Part shown: in pieces, positions 12,259 to 21,048 of the stretch
How the letters are laid out: each line of letters starts with the position of its first letter
Numbering within the stretch: the first letter of the stretch is position 1
From: Elusimicrobiota bacterium
GTDB lineage: Bacteria; Elusimicrobiota; Elusimicrobia; UBA1565
DNA: 64,000 bases
Direction of reading: 5' to 3'
Assembly (NCBI GenBank): GCA_043827405.1
Contig: JBDRPD010000025.1
Coordinates: 24,238-88,237, forward strand
The notes under the pieces: generated by a model
Seen by the model: the letters and a program-made list of their open reading frames with translations, nothing else
Told to the model about the DNA's origin: nothing
The model's database searches: none
Position numbers and translations under genes: made by a program

Positions 12259-12672
12259 CTAATCATCCAAAACCGACCGCGCCCAGGCCCGGTAGCGTTC
12301 CAGGCTCTTCCACAGGTTGCCGATATCCTTGCGCGTATAAACATGGCCCTCATAGGATACCCGATTCTTCTCGTGTATCATGCGCTCGAGCTGCCGTAAA
12401 GCTTTCTGCGCCGCTTCATCCACCGGGATAATGCCGCGCAGGAGATCGGCCGCCGCCGCATGGTCCTCCCCCTTGCTCTTAACGCCTCCGCGCCGGATCG
12501 TAATGGCATCCGTATAGGCGATGGCCGCGTGCACGATGAGCACCCCCGCCGCGTTCCAGTACTCAAACCCCTGAGCCATCTCCGCGCCCTGGTAGAAGTT
12601 CTCCGCGACCTTCCGGTAGTCCTTGCTCCGGGCCTTCGGTACGCTGACTCTCTTCTGCGGCCTCGGGCTCAT
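12259..12672 (-). CDS. HEPN-domain protein (putative toxin)
   Basis: 137 aa helical protein, EDH and RVSYEGH (R-X5-H); overlaps the MNT stop. Confidence 0.75.
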   Translation of the reverse strand: MSPRPQKRVSVPKARSKDYRKVAENFYQGAEMAQGFEYWNAAGVLIVHAAIAYTDAITIRRGGVKSKGEDHAAAADLLRGIIPVDEAAQKALRQLERMIHEKNRVSYEGHVYTRKDIGNLWKSLERYRAWARSVLDD

Positions 12673-13295
12673 GCGAGAAAGTCCTCCAAACTCGTATCAA
12701 GCAAATCAATGCCCTCAGCGAGGATATTATTAATTAGCGGGTCCGCGCGGCGCGGCCGGGATTTCAGTTCATGCGCCGTTCTAATCAGCGGCGAGAGCCG
12801 CAAGCCGTAGCGCTGCGCCAACTTGCTTCCCAGAGCCTCGGCCTTGGCGAGGAGCTTGGCTTTGCCGCCGTTCTTAACGACCAATAGAATGTCGATATCG
12901 CTTCCCGGCTCTTCTTCGCCGCGGGCGGCGCTGCCGAAGAGCGTGGCGACTACGGCCTCGTCCTTGAATTCTTTTCGCAGGAGCGCCCGCAGCTCGCCCA
13001 TGGTCCGCTTCTCGGCCGCGAACATGGGGAGCAGGACGTCCCTGACCAGGTGATGTTCGAAGTTGAGGCGGATGAGCTGGGTCTTGCCCGAACCCTGGCG
13101 GTCGATCAGCCCCAAGACCTCCAGCTTGGCGATCGCGGCGCGAATCGCCCCATGCTGGAAGCCCGCCTCCCTGGCCACGGCCCGGCCGCTCATGCCCTGC
13201 TTGGTGTCCTTAAGAACACGCAGGACGGCGATATTGCTGGGTGCCGACAGGATCGAATCCAGCGGGCGCTTGAGATAGTTGGGGCGGCCCCTCAT
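12669..13295 (-). CDS. wHTH plus minimal nucleotidyltransferase (putative antitoxin)
   Basis: N-terminal HTH (SGRAVARE), LFGSAARGEEEPGSDIDILLV. Confidence 0.85.
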   Translation of the reverse strand: MRGRPNYLKRPLDSILSAPSNIAVLRVLKDTKQGMSGRAVAREAGFQHGAIRAAIAKLEVLGLIDRQGSGKTQLIRLNFEHHLVRDVLLPMFAAEKRTMGELRALLRKEFKDEAVVATLFGSAARGEEEPGSDIDILLVVKNGGKAKLLAKAEALGSKLAQRYGLRLSPLIRTAHELKSRPRRADPLINNILAEGIDLLDTSLEDFLA

Positions 13296-13330
13296 ATGGA
13301 TATTATAATATCCAAATGGATACTTTTCAA
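13296..13330 (-). promoter_or_regulatory. Sigma70 promoter TTGAAA-17-TATAAT with overlapping palindromic operators; leaderless start
   Basis: -35 at 13330-13325, -10 at 13307-13302, six bases between the -10 and the ATG; perfect 18-bp palindrome at 13297-13314. Confidence 0.75.
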
Positions 13331-13348
13331 CCCACACTTTACCGGCCG

Positions 13349-13870
13349 TTAAGGAGCTTTCGCGCCGTCCGACCGCGCCCGCGAGGCTGAGCTGGCTGGA
13401 CGGGGCGAAAGCAGCCCGCCGCAGGCGACCACGTCCAGAGCCTCGACGGCCTCCTCGGCCCGGGGCATGTTGTGGGACAGATAGCGTTGCGTCGTCGTCA
13501 AAACGCTATGGCCTAGAAGCTTGGACACGGTGTAGATGTCCACGCTCCGGTCCAGAAGGTCCCGGGCGAAAGTATGGCGCAGGTCGTGAAAGGTGAAGTC
13601 CGGCGGCAGGCCCGCGCGCTCGCAGGCGGCCTTGAACTTCGTCCAGAGGTTGTCCCGCTTCCAGGTAGTGCCGTCTTCCTTCACGAACACGTAACGGCTC
13701 AGCTTCGGGAGCCGCTTAAGCCGCTCGCGCGAATCCTTTGATATCGGGATGACGCGCAGCTTGTGCGACTTGGTACGGACCGCCGCAATCCGCTTCGTAT
13801 CCAGGTTCACGTTCTTCCACTCCAGGAAGATCAGCTCGGACATCCGCATCCCGGTCTTGAGGGCGAAGAT
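13349..13870 (-). pseudogene. N-terminally truncated tyrosine recombinase/integrase
   Basis: IFALKTGMRMSEL, TK, FHDLRHTFA, LLGHS and TQRY catalytic residues; no core-binding or arm-binding domains upstream. Confidence 0.85.
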
Positions 13871-13959
13871 GTTCGGAGGTGAACTGTGCCAAAAGCCCAG
13901 TCGTCAAGCGTCAGACCGGATCCGGCGATACCCCTCGCCGATCGGACGCGAAGTAAAGC

Positions 13960-14106
13960 CGTAAAAAGCGCCGCAGGGCTGCTAATAGCCGCCCTCATCC
14001 TCGTCCCGTGTATAACCCACGGGGCCGACATCTTATCACCCAAAGACCTCCGCCTCAAACAACTCAAGAAAGACAAAGACTACGTCATAATCGACGTCCG
14101 TCCCCC
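13960..14106 (+). pseudogene. Fragment of an exported rhodanese-like protein
   Basis: Signal-like AAGLLIAALILVP, then ILSPKDL...KDYVIIDVR, after which similarity stops. Confidence 0.45.
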
Positions 14107-14146
14107 AGGGCTCAGTATTGAGATAGAATGTAAAGCAGCCAAAAGC

Positions 14147-14171
14147 ACTGACAACACTTTTGGCAACACTT
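14147..14171. repeat. 25-bp repeat copy 2 (putative integrase arm sites)
   Basis: Identical to 12226-12250. Confidence 0.75.
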
Positions 14172-14261
14172 CGCCCTGCAAAACCGACACAAAGCGATCG
14201 TTACAGACAACTACTGTCGTCGGGGAAAGGTCTAGAGGCTGGCGTCGCGTCGGGGCTTAAG

Positions 14262-14316
14262 CGGTTTTCAAGACCGGCCGTTTCAACCGCTCACGCACCC
14301 CTCCTGCGACGACAAA
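14262..14316 (-). repeat. att-like duplicate: 5' half of tRNA-Ser (through the anticodon arm) plus 12 bp of leader
   Basis: Exact match to 12144-12198. Confidence 0.88.
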
Positions 14317-14417
14317 AACCGTTAGACCGTTACGAATAGATTCACTTACAACACTTTGGCGCCGTTAATCGCGCAAAATCGACCGCGCCCGCAAGGCTGA
14401 AGGGCGGCACCGCGCCG

Positions 14418-14990
14418 CTACTGCGCGGTAGCGGCGCAATTCGCGGCGAATTTCTTCTCGTATTCGACGAGAGGCGCCAGCCCCAATTCATTGCGGCGGC
14501 GCTCGACGGCGGCGAGATCCATCGTTTCGACGCCCTGCGGCTGGGGCTTGCCGTCCCGGCAATGGAACTGCGTGCCGTAGAGCTGCGGCCGGTCGGCTTT
14601 CACGGCAACCCGGTCGTCGAGATACGCGAGGTCCGTCTGGTTCACCTCAGACGGGGGCAGGGCCTTCATCTTTTTAAGGGTTTCTTCCTGGAACGCGGGA
14701 TCCAGGTCCGCATGCTGGACCAAAAGCCAGGCGTGGCGCGAGGCTTCCGGGCCCACCTCGGAGACGCGCGGCCAGGATGCGCTTAAGCTCGGCGGTGTTG
14801 TGCTTATCGACCGCCGTCATCATGCCGATGATCTCCTTATTGAAAGCCTCCTTGTCGCCGCCCGCTAAGCCCGTCTTGCCCGACACGTTGTCGAGCCACT
14901 TCGAGCTTCTTATCGGCCGGCGAAGCGCCGCCGGCCGCCGCGGGGAAGGCCCATAAGCCGGCGAGGAGGATCAGAGACGCGCTCACGGGG
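14418..14990 (-). pseudogene. Frameshifted DUF6624-like secreted protein
   Basis: Signal peptide, VDKHNTAELKRIL and WPRVSEVG...WLLVQHAD...AYLDDRV...QLYGTQ fall in three different frames. Confidence 0.7.
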
Positions 14991-15129
14991 ATAGTTTTGC
15001 GCCGGACCGGCGGAATGTCAAGAGACCTTCCGTGGCCGCGCGGCTTCATCGAGTTCGCGTTTGGCGCGGCTGAGATGACAGCCGCGTTCGCGGAAAGCGG
15101 TATTTAACGGGGTGGTCATGGGCAGAGAG

Positions 15130-15990
15130 TTAAAGCGGTGTCCCCGGCACGCCTTCAATAAGCAGGGCCAGGACGACCATGGCCATCTGCGCATTCATCG
15201 CCGTACGTCCCGCGCGCAGAGAACGGATATCGGCGCGGACGGACGCCAGGCGCGCGGCGCGGGCGAAGGTCAAGGCCGCCGCCGCGATGAGCAGTACCGC
15301 GGCCGGCACCGTGCGCACCGAGCCGAACAGCGGCAGCAGCAGGCCGCTCATGGCGGTGGCCGCCGCCCATACGAAAATGAGCCGCGCGGCGCGCTCCTCG
15401 CCGAACAGGCCGCGCGTCGTTGGAAAACCGGCGCGTTCATAGTCGTCGGCATAGATCAACCCGAGCAGCCAGAAGTGCGGGACCTGCCACATGAAGATAA
15501 AGAACGAGAAGGACAGCAGACGCGCATCGAGCAGTCCGCCGCCGGCAGCGGCCCAGCCGGCGGCGGGGACCAAGGCGCCGATCAGGGCGCCGGGGACCAC
15601 CGCGAAGGCGGTACGCTTCTTGAGCGGCGTGTACACTGCGTTATACCACAGCGCCGAACCGAGGCATAGCGCGGCGGGAAGCGGTCCGGCGGCGGCGTAC
15701 AGGATGAAGAGTCCGGACGCGGACAATAAATTCGAGAGCGCCAGCGCTGATTGGGGCTTCAGCTGACCGGACGGCAGTGGTCGACGGCGCGTTCTCTCCA
15801 TCAGGGCGTCGGTGCTGCGTTCCTGCCATTGGTTGAGCGCGCAGGCTCCGCAAGCTGCGAGCATTATGCCGGCGAAGACGGCCGCTGCGCCGGACCGCAG
15901 GCCGCCGGCCGCCATGATATGGGCCGCGGCTCCGGCCAAGGCGCACAGGGCGCATATCGGCAGCTTGGTAAGACGGATAACCGCGCTCAC
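15130..15990 (-). CDS. ctaB: Protoheme IX farnesyltransferase (heme O synthase)
   Basis: LNQWQERSTDALMERTRRRPLPSG, YTPLKK, WQVPHF, DYERAG. Confidence 0.92.
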   Translation of the reverse strand: MSAVIRLTKLPICALCALAGAAAHIMAAGGLRSGAAAVFAGIMLAACGACALNQWQERSTDALMERTRRRPLPSGQLKPQSALALSNLLSASGLFILYAAAGPLPAALCLGSALWYNAVYTPLKKRTAFAVVPGALIGALVPAAGWAAAGGGLLDARLLSFSFFIFMWQVPHFWLLGLIYADDYERAGFPTTRGLFGEERAARLIFVWAAATAMSGLLLPLFGSVRTVPAAVLLIAAAALTFARAARLASVRADIRSLRAGRTAMNAQMAMVVLALLIEGVPGTPL

Positions 15991-16922
15991 TTAAGACTCC
16001 GGATGTAGGCCGTGAGCTCCGCGATCTCTTCGGGCGTGAGCGAAGCCTTGGGCATGGAGATGGAGAAGCCGGGAGGCACGTCGGCGCCCGGATCGGTAAG
16101 GGCGCGTTCGAGGTAGGCCTCATCGACCACCGCTTCGCGGTCCTTGCCGCCGGTGCGCACGGTCTGCTTTCTGCCGAACATCCCCTGCAATGTCGGCCCG
16201 AGCCCCTCCGTGCCGTCCAAGGTATGGCAGGTCAGACAGTCGCGCGCCTTAAGCGCCGCCGGCCTAAGGAGCCTCGCCGTTTTTTTCGCCGGTTTTGCCG
16301 CGGCGGCGGCCTCCGGATCGGTAAAATACCACTTCTTGAAATCTTCTTCCGGGAGGACGTGAATCTTTGACAGCATGGCGGAGTGGTCGACGCCGCAGAT
16401 GACGGTGCACTGGATGTCGAAGGTCCCCGGGATGGTAGGCGTGAACCACAGGAAGTTCATGCGTCCGGGCAGGACGTCGGCCTTTACCCGGAAGGCGGCG
16501 ATGTAGAAGCCGTGCAGGACATCGATGGATTTCATCTCCAGCTTGACCGGCCGGCCGTGCGCTACGCGAAGCTCTTCGGTGACCCGGCCGTTGGGATACT
16601 TGAAGCTCCAAGCCCACTGCCGCGCCGTGACCTTGATGACCATGGCGTCGGCTGGCGGCGTCCGCATTTCGCGGAAATTAGTCCAGCCGAAGTAGAACAT
16701 GGCAAGGAACAGCACCAGCGGGATCAGCGTCCATACGACCTCGAGTCCGAAATGCCCCTCGATATCGACCGGCTCGGGATTACGCCGCCGACTGTAGCGG
16801 ACGGTGAAATAGATCATCAAGCCGGTAATGCCGGCGAGGATCAGGACGGAAGCGACCAAAGAAACGAAGAAGATTCTGTCGACTCCGGCTCCGAGGTTAG
16901 ATGCTTGGGTGAAAAACGACAT
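15987..16922 (-). CDS. ctaC: Cytochrome c oxidase subunit II with C-terminal cytochrome c domain
   Basis: DVLHGF, CTVICGVDHSAM CuA ligands, CLTCH. Confidence 0.93.
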   Translation of the reverse strand: MSFFTQASNLGAGVDRIFFVSLVASVLILAGITGLMIYFTVRYSRRRNPEPVDIEGHFGLEVVWTLIPLVLFLAMFYFGWTNFREMRTPPADAMVIKVTARQWAWSFKYPNGRVTEELRVAHGRPVKLEMKSIDVLHGFYIAAFRVKADVLPGRMNFLWFTPTIPGTFDIQCTVICGVDHSAMLSKIHVLPEEDFKKWYFTDPEAAAAAKPAKKTARLLRPAALKARDCLTCHTLDGTEGLGPTLQGMFGRKQTVRTGGKDREAVVDEAYLERALTDPGADVPPGFSISMPKASLTPEEIAELTAYIRSLK

Positions 16923-16928
16923 AGCTCC

Positions 16929-17207
16929 TCAGCGAAACGAAATATCCAAAAACATCATGGAAATAAAAATGAACAGCACCGCAAAGGCGGTGAATACCAT
17001 GGTCCGCAGCGCCAAGCCCTCATGCCTTAGATGCATGAAGTAGTAGAGGACCAAGGCGGTCTTGAACGGCGTGACAAAAACCATGGCCCATAGCGCCAGT
17101 TCCGGCCGGATCAGGCTTACGGCGACGAGCGCGCCTGTTAACAGCAGCAGCGCCGCCCATACCGCGGTCAGGGCCCCGTAACCGGTGTTGTGCTCGTCGT
17201 TCGTCAT
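16929..17207 (-). CDS. Cytochrome c oxidase subunit IV
   Basis: Three TMs, KTALVLYYFMHLR. Confidence 0.88.
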   Translation of the reverse strand: MTNDEHNTGYGALTAVWAALLLLTGALVAVSLIRPELALWAMVFVTPFKTALVLYYFMHLRHEGLALRTMVFTAFAVLFIFISMMFLDISFR

Positions 17208-17791
17208 GCCGCCAAATAGAACAAGGGCAGAATGAAAATCCATACCACGTCGACAAGATGCCAGTAAAGTCCCGCGTTCTCCAGGAGGATAAAATCATCC
17301 CGCTTGATCCGGTCTTTGGCGACCAGCACCAGCATGACCGCCAGGGCCGCCAGCCCCAGAATCACATGCACTCCGTGCAGGCCGGTCATGGTGAAGTAGA
17401 GGCCGAAAAAAAGCACTTCCCCCGGCGGCAGGCCGGTCAATCCCGGACCGGAGGGGTAAATGCCGTGGGCGATCTTGCCGCTCCATTCGAAATACTTAAC
17501 GACCAGAAAGCCCGCTCCCAGCAGCAAGGTCGCGGCCAGGCAGGACAAGGCCAGGCGCTTGTCGTCTTTGCGCACGGCGGAGATGGACATCGCCACGGTC
17601 CAGCTGCTCGTCAGCAGCAGAAAGGTGTTGCATACGCCGAGCGCGACGTTGAGCTCACCCCCCGCATGGTGGAAGTCGCGGGCATACTGCGACCGGTAGG
17701 CGGCGTAGAGCAAAAACAGCCCGCCGAACAGGATGATCTCCGTGAACAGGAACAGCCACATTCCAATCTTGGCGCCCTGATCGTCCCGCAT
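17204..17791 (-). CDS. ctaE: Cytochrome c oxidase subunit III (short form)
   Basis: GMWLFLFTEIILF, TGLHGVHV, GLYWHLVDVVW. Confidence 0.93.
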   Translation of the reverse strand: MRDDQGAKIGMWLFLFTEIILFGGLFLLYAAYRSQYARDFHHAGGELNVALGVCNTFLLLTSSWTVAMSISAVRKDDKRLALSCLAATLLLGAGFLVVKYFEWSGKIAHGIYPSGPGLTGLPPGEVLFFGLYFTMTGLHGVHVILGLAALAVMLVLVAKDRIKRDDFILLENAGLYWHLVDVVWIFILPLFYLAA

Positions 17792-19395
17792 CAGCAGGTT
17801 CGCTCCGGGTTATAGGCGTAGGGCTTTTCGGTCACGGTAGGAATCTCGTCGAAATTCTCATGCGGCGGCGGCGAAGGAACATCCCATTCGAGGGTCCGTC
17901 CCCCCCAGGGATTCTTATCGGCATTCTTGCGGCGCAGGAAAGCCGAGAGGAAGGTCCAGAAGAACAGCGCCAGCCCCGCCACCAGGATCCATGAGCCCAC
18001 GGTGGCGACGAGGTGAAGCGTGTGGAATTGGGGCAGATGGTCGAAATAGCGCCGCGGCATTCCCATCACGCCCAGGATCATCATGGTCATGTATAGAAGG
18101 TTGAAGCCGACAAACAGCGGCACCCAGGCCGCATAGGCGATCCGCCGGCTGTACATGCGGCCGAACATCTTGGGAAACCAGTACAGCAGCGCCGCGAAGA
18201 AGCCGAATACCGTGCCGCCGAACATGACGTAGTGGAAGTGCCCGACGATGAAGTAGGTGTCGTGGAGGTGGACGTTGAGCGCGAGGGCGCCCTGCATGAC
18301 CCCGGTGAGCCCGCCGATGCAGAACAGGAAGATAAAGGTCAGGGCATAAAGCATGGGCGGCGCGACCTCGATCGAGCCCTTATACAGCGTCGCCGTCCAG
18401 TTGAAAACCTTGATGGCGCTGGGCACGGCGACGATCATAGTGAGCAGCGAGAAGATCAGGTTGGCCAGCTCGCTCATGCCGCTGGTGAACATGTGGTGCG
18501 CCCAGACCAAAGAGCCGAGCGCGGCGATGGCCAGCGAGGAATAGGCGATGGCGCGATAGCCGAAGATCGTCCGGCGCGCGAAGGTGGGGATAATCTCGGA
18601 GATCGCGCCCATGGCGGGGATGATCATTACGTAGACGGCGGGATGGGAATAAATCCAGAAGAGGTGCTGGTAGAGCACCGGGTCCCCGCCCTTGACCGGG
18701 TCGAACACCCCGATGCCGAAAGTGCGCTCGATGATCACCAGCACCAAGGTGATGCCGATGATCGGGGTCGCCAGCACCTGAATCCAGCCCGTGGCGTAGA
18801 GCGACCAGACAAACAGCGGCATCTTGTGCCAGTCCATTCCGGGCGCGCGCAGGCGGTGGATCGTGGTGATGAAGTTCAGTCCCGTAAGAATGGAAGAGAA
18901 GCCGAGAACGAAAGCGGCAAAAACAGCCAGGGAGACGCTGGTTCCGGTCTGCAGGCTGTAGGGTGCGTAGAAGGTCCAGCCGGTATCGGGCGGTCCGCCG
19001 CCGGAAAACAGCGATGCGACCGCGAGGACAGCTCCCGCCACGAAGCACCACCAGGATGCCAGGTTGAGGCGCGGAAACGATACGTCCTTGGCGCCGATCA
19101 TGATCGGCAGCATGAAGTTGCCGAAAACAGCCGGCAGGCCGGGCACTACGAACATGAAGATCATGATTACGCCGTGCAAAGTAAACAGGGCGTTGTAAGC
19201 GGCCGGGCCGACCAACGTCTTGCCCATGGTCCAGTGCTCAAGACGCATAACGACGCCGATCGCGACCGCGACCCAAAACATGGCGACCATGCAGATCAGA
19301 TAAAGGATTCCGATGCGCTTGTGATCGGTGGAGAATATCCAGGAGGTGATGCCGCTACCGCCGGTCTCCAGGTAGCTGCCTTTAGACTTTGTCAT
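17791..19395 (-). CDS. ctaD: Heme-copper oxidase subunit I, A2 type
   Basis: TDHKRIG, YSHPAVY, WAHHM, VGHFHY, MPRRY. Confidence 0.96.
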   Translation of the reverse strand: MTKSKGSYLETGGSGITSWIFSTDHKRIGILYLICMVAMFWVAVAIGVVMRLEHWTMGKTLVGPAAYNALFTLHGVIMIFMFVVPGLPAVFGNFMLPIMIGAKDVSFPRLNLASWWCFVAGAVLAVASLFSGGGPPDTGWTFYAPYSLQTGTSVSLAVFAAFVLGFSSILTGLNFITTIHRLRAPGMDWHKMPLFVWSLYATGWIQVLATPIIGITLVLVIIERTFGIGVFDPVKGGDPVLYQHLFWIYSHPAVYVMIIPAMGAISEIIPTFARRTIFGYRAIAYSSLAIAALGSLVWAHHMFTSGMSELANLIFSLLTMIVAVPSAIKVFNWTATLYKGSIEVAPPMLYALTFIFLFCIGGLTGVMQGALALNVHLHDTYFIVGHFHYVMFGGTVFGFFAALLYWFPKMFGRMYSRRIAYAAWVPLFVGFNLLYMTMMILGVMGMPRRYFDHLPQFHTLHLVATVGSWILVAGLALFFWTFLSAFLRRKNADKNPWGGRTLEWDVPSPPPHENFDEIPTVTEKPYAYNPERTC

Positions 19396-20167
19396 CTCGT
19401 TTCCTGCCCGTAACGACGAGGAAGCCGACGAATATCCCCGCCGTCGCCAAGATCACGGTTCCCGCCACGCGCGTCAGGCGGAAGACCTGGGTCCTGCTTC
19501 CGGGATCGTAAGTATAGCAATAGCGCAGAACCTTGCTTATCGTCGGCCGCGCCAGCTCTTTGTTCGCTTCCCAGACCGCCATCTGCACGTCGGAGGGCAG
19601 ATAGCTGAGGCCGTACATGTAGCGGGTGATCGTCCCTTCCGGCGACAAAACGATGAGCACGGCGGGGTGCACGAAGTCCTTCTTGTAGGGGATAAAGTCA
19701 AAGCCTACCGCGTCCACCAGCCGCCGGGTCGCTTCCGGCTTGCCGGTGAGAAAACGCCATGAATCCGGCAGGACGCCGCGCCGGACCTGCTTGATCTGGC
19801 TTTCCTTCTGCAGGCGCGCGATCTTGGGCGTGTCTTTTTTGTCGAAGCTGACGCTCAGCACGCGGAAATCCTTGCCGGGCTCGAGACGTATTCCGTTGAG
19901 CAGGTCCACCACGCTCTTGAGCTGGGGGCTGCAGATGCCGGTGCATTGGAAGTAGGTCAGCGTCAGCAAGGTCGGCCGGTCGATCAAGTCGCCCAAGCGC
20001 ACCGCGCTCCCATCTTCGCCGATCAGCCGCAGATCCATGGGAACTTTTTGCCCCAGCTTCTCTTCGATCCCCACTTTCCCCTTGGCGTCTTCCACATGTT
20101 CGACTTTCCCGTGCGCCGACAGGCCCGGGACGGACAGCAGCAGCGCGCAGAGCAGTATGCCGGTCAC
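19382..20167 (-). CDS. SCO family copper chaperone
   Basis: CTGIC (CxxxC) and FVHP; GTG start overlaps the upstream stop. Confidence 0.88.
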   Translation of the reverse strand: MTGILLCALLLSVPGLSAHGKVEHVEDAKGKVGIEEKLGQKVPMDLRLIGEDGSAVRLGDLIDRPTLLTLTYFQCTGICSPQLKSVVDLLNGIRLEPGKDFRVLSVSFDKKDTPKIARLQKESQIKQVRRGVLPDSWRFLTGKPEATRRLVDAVGFDFIPYKKDFVHPAVLIVLSPEGTITRYMYGLSYLPSDVQMAVWEANKELARPTISKVLRYCYTYDPGSRTQVFRLTRVAGTVILATAGIFVGFLVVTGRKRDDKV

Positions 20168-21048
20168 GGCAGGGCGCTCCTGAGCCGGCGGTGCAGGTCC
20201 GCCCACTGCGCGGCGTCGTACTGCAGGCAGCCGACGGCGAAGCCGTTGCCTGGGACGCCCGGAGCGACCGCGCGCGCCAGGGCGCTGGCGTTCGCCCGCC
20301 AGCCGCGCGTGCCGCGCAGCGTCAGCGCCGCGCGTTCGCGATCCCAAATCTCATCGAGCGCGGCGCCGGCCCGCAGCCCGGCGGGGCGGCGGAACTCCTT
20401 GATGAGTGCGGCGGCGGCCGTACTGACAGGGATTCGCGGCGGAACCCGCTCTCCGGCGGAGGCGAACTTCTTGGCCAGCGCGCGGAGCGCGGCGGGATCT
20501 TCCGGCGCTTCCGGGAAGGCGCCGAGCGCGCGCACATGATGCACCAAGGCCATGCGGTTAACGGGCCGGATGGCGTCAAACGGCGCCATCTGCGTTCCGG
20601 GAAGACCTTCCGATACGGTCTTGAATACGCCGACGATGCCGGAGCCGTTCTTCCAGCCTTCCGGCCGGGTCAAATCCCGGGGCGGCGGGTTCATGCCGCG
20701 CGCCGCCGGGCCGTCGCCGCGGCCCGCCTCGCCGTGGCAGGCGGCGCAGCTGCGCGCAAACAGATCCCGGCCATTGGCCAGCAGTGCGGAGGACGGCGTC
20801 ATGACGGTCTTGGGATCCACGGGCGGTAAAGTATAGCCGCGGGCCGGCGGGTATTCGGCCGGATCCAGCCAGCCGCCGCGTCCCTGCAGCGACTCCTGCG
20901 GCGAAGGGAACAGCGGCTTATTGGCGTTGCGCAGGCCGGGGACGACGATCGCGGCGAAAAGGGCGAGCAGCGACAGGCCGATGAGCACCGCGAGAAAAGC
21001 CGATACCAAGCGCTTGAGCTCTCCCGTGCTCACGTAGCGCTCCATCAT
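20164..21048 (-). CDS. Membrane-anchored monoheme cytochrome c
   Basis: N-terminal TM, CAACHG, GLPGTQMAPF axial Met. Confidence 0.85.
   Translation of the reverse strand: MMERYVSTGELKRLVSAFLAVLIGLSLLALFAAIVVPGLRNANKPLFPSPQESLQGRGGWLDPAEYPPARGYTLPPVDPKTVMTPSSALLANGRDLFARSCAACHGEAGRGDGPAARGMNPPPRDLTRPEGWKNGSGIVGVFKTVSEGLPGTQMAPFDAIRPVNRMALVHHVRALGAFPEAPEDPAALRALAKKFASAGERVPPRIPVSTAAAALIKEFRRPAGLRAGAALDEIWDRERAALTLRGTRGWRANASALARAVAPGVPGNGFAVGCLQYDAAQWADLHRRLRSALP

Larger units (their letters stand above)
12144..14316. mobile_element. Decayed integrative element bounded by 55-bp direct repeats of the tRNA-Ser 5' half
   Basis: Identical 55 bp at 12144-12198 and 14262-14316; contains an integrase remnant and a TA pair. 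Confidence 0.8.
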
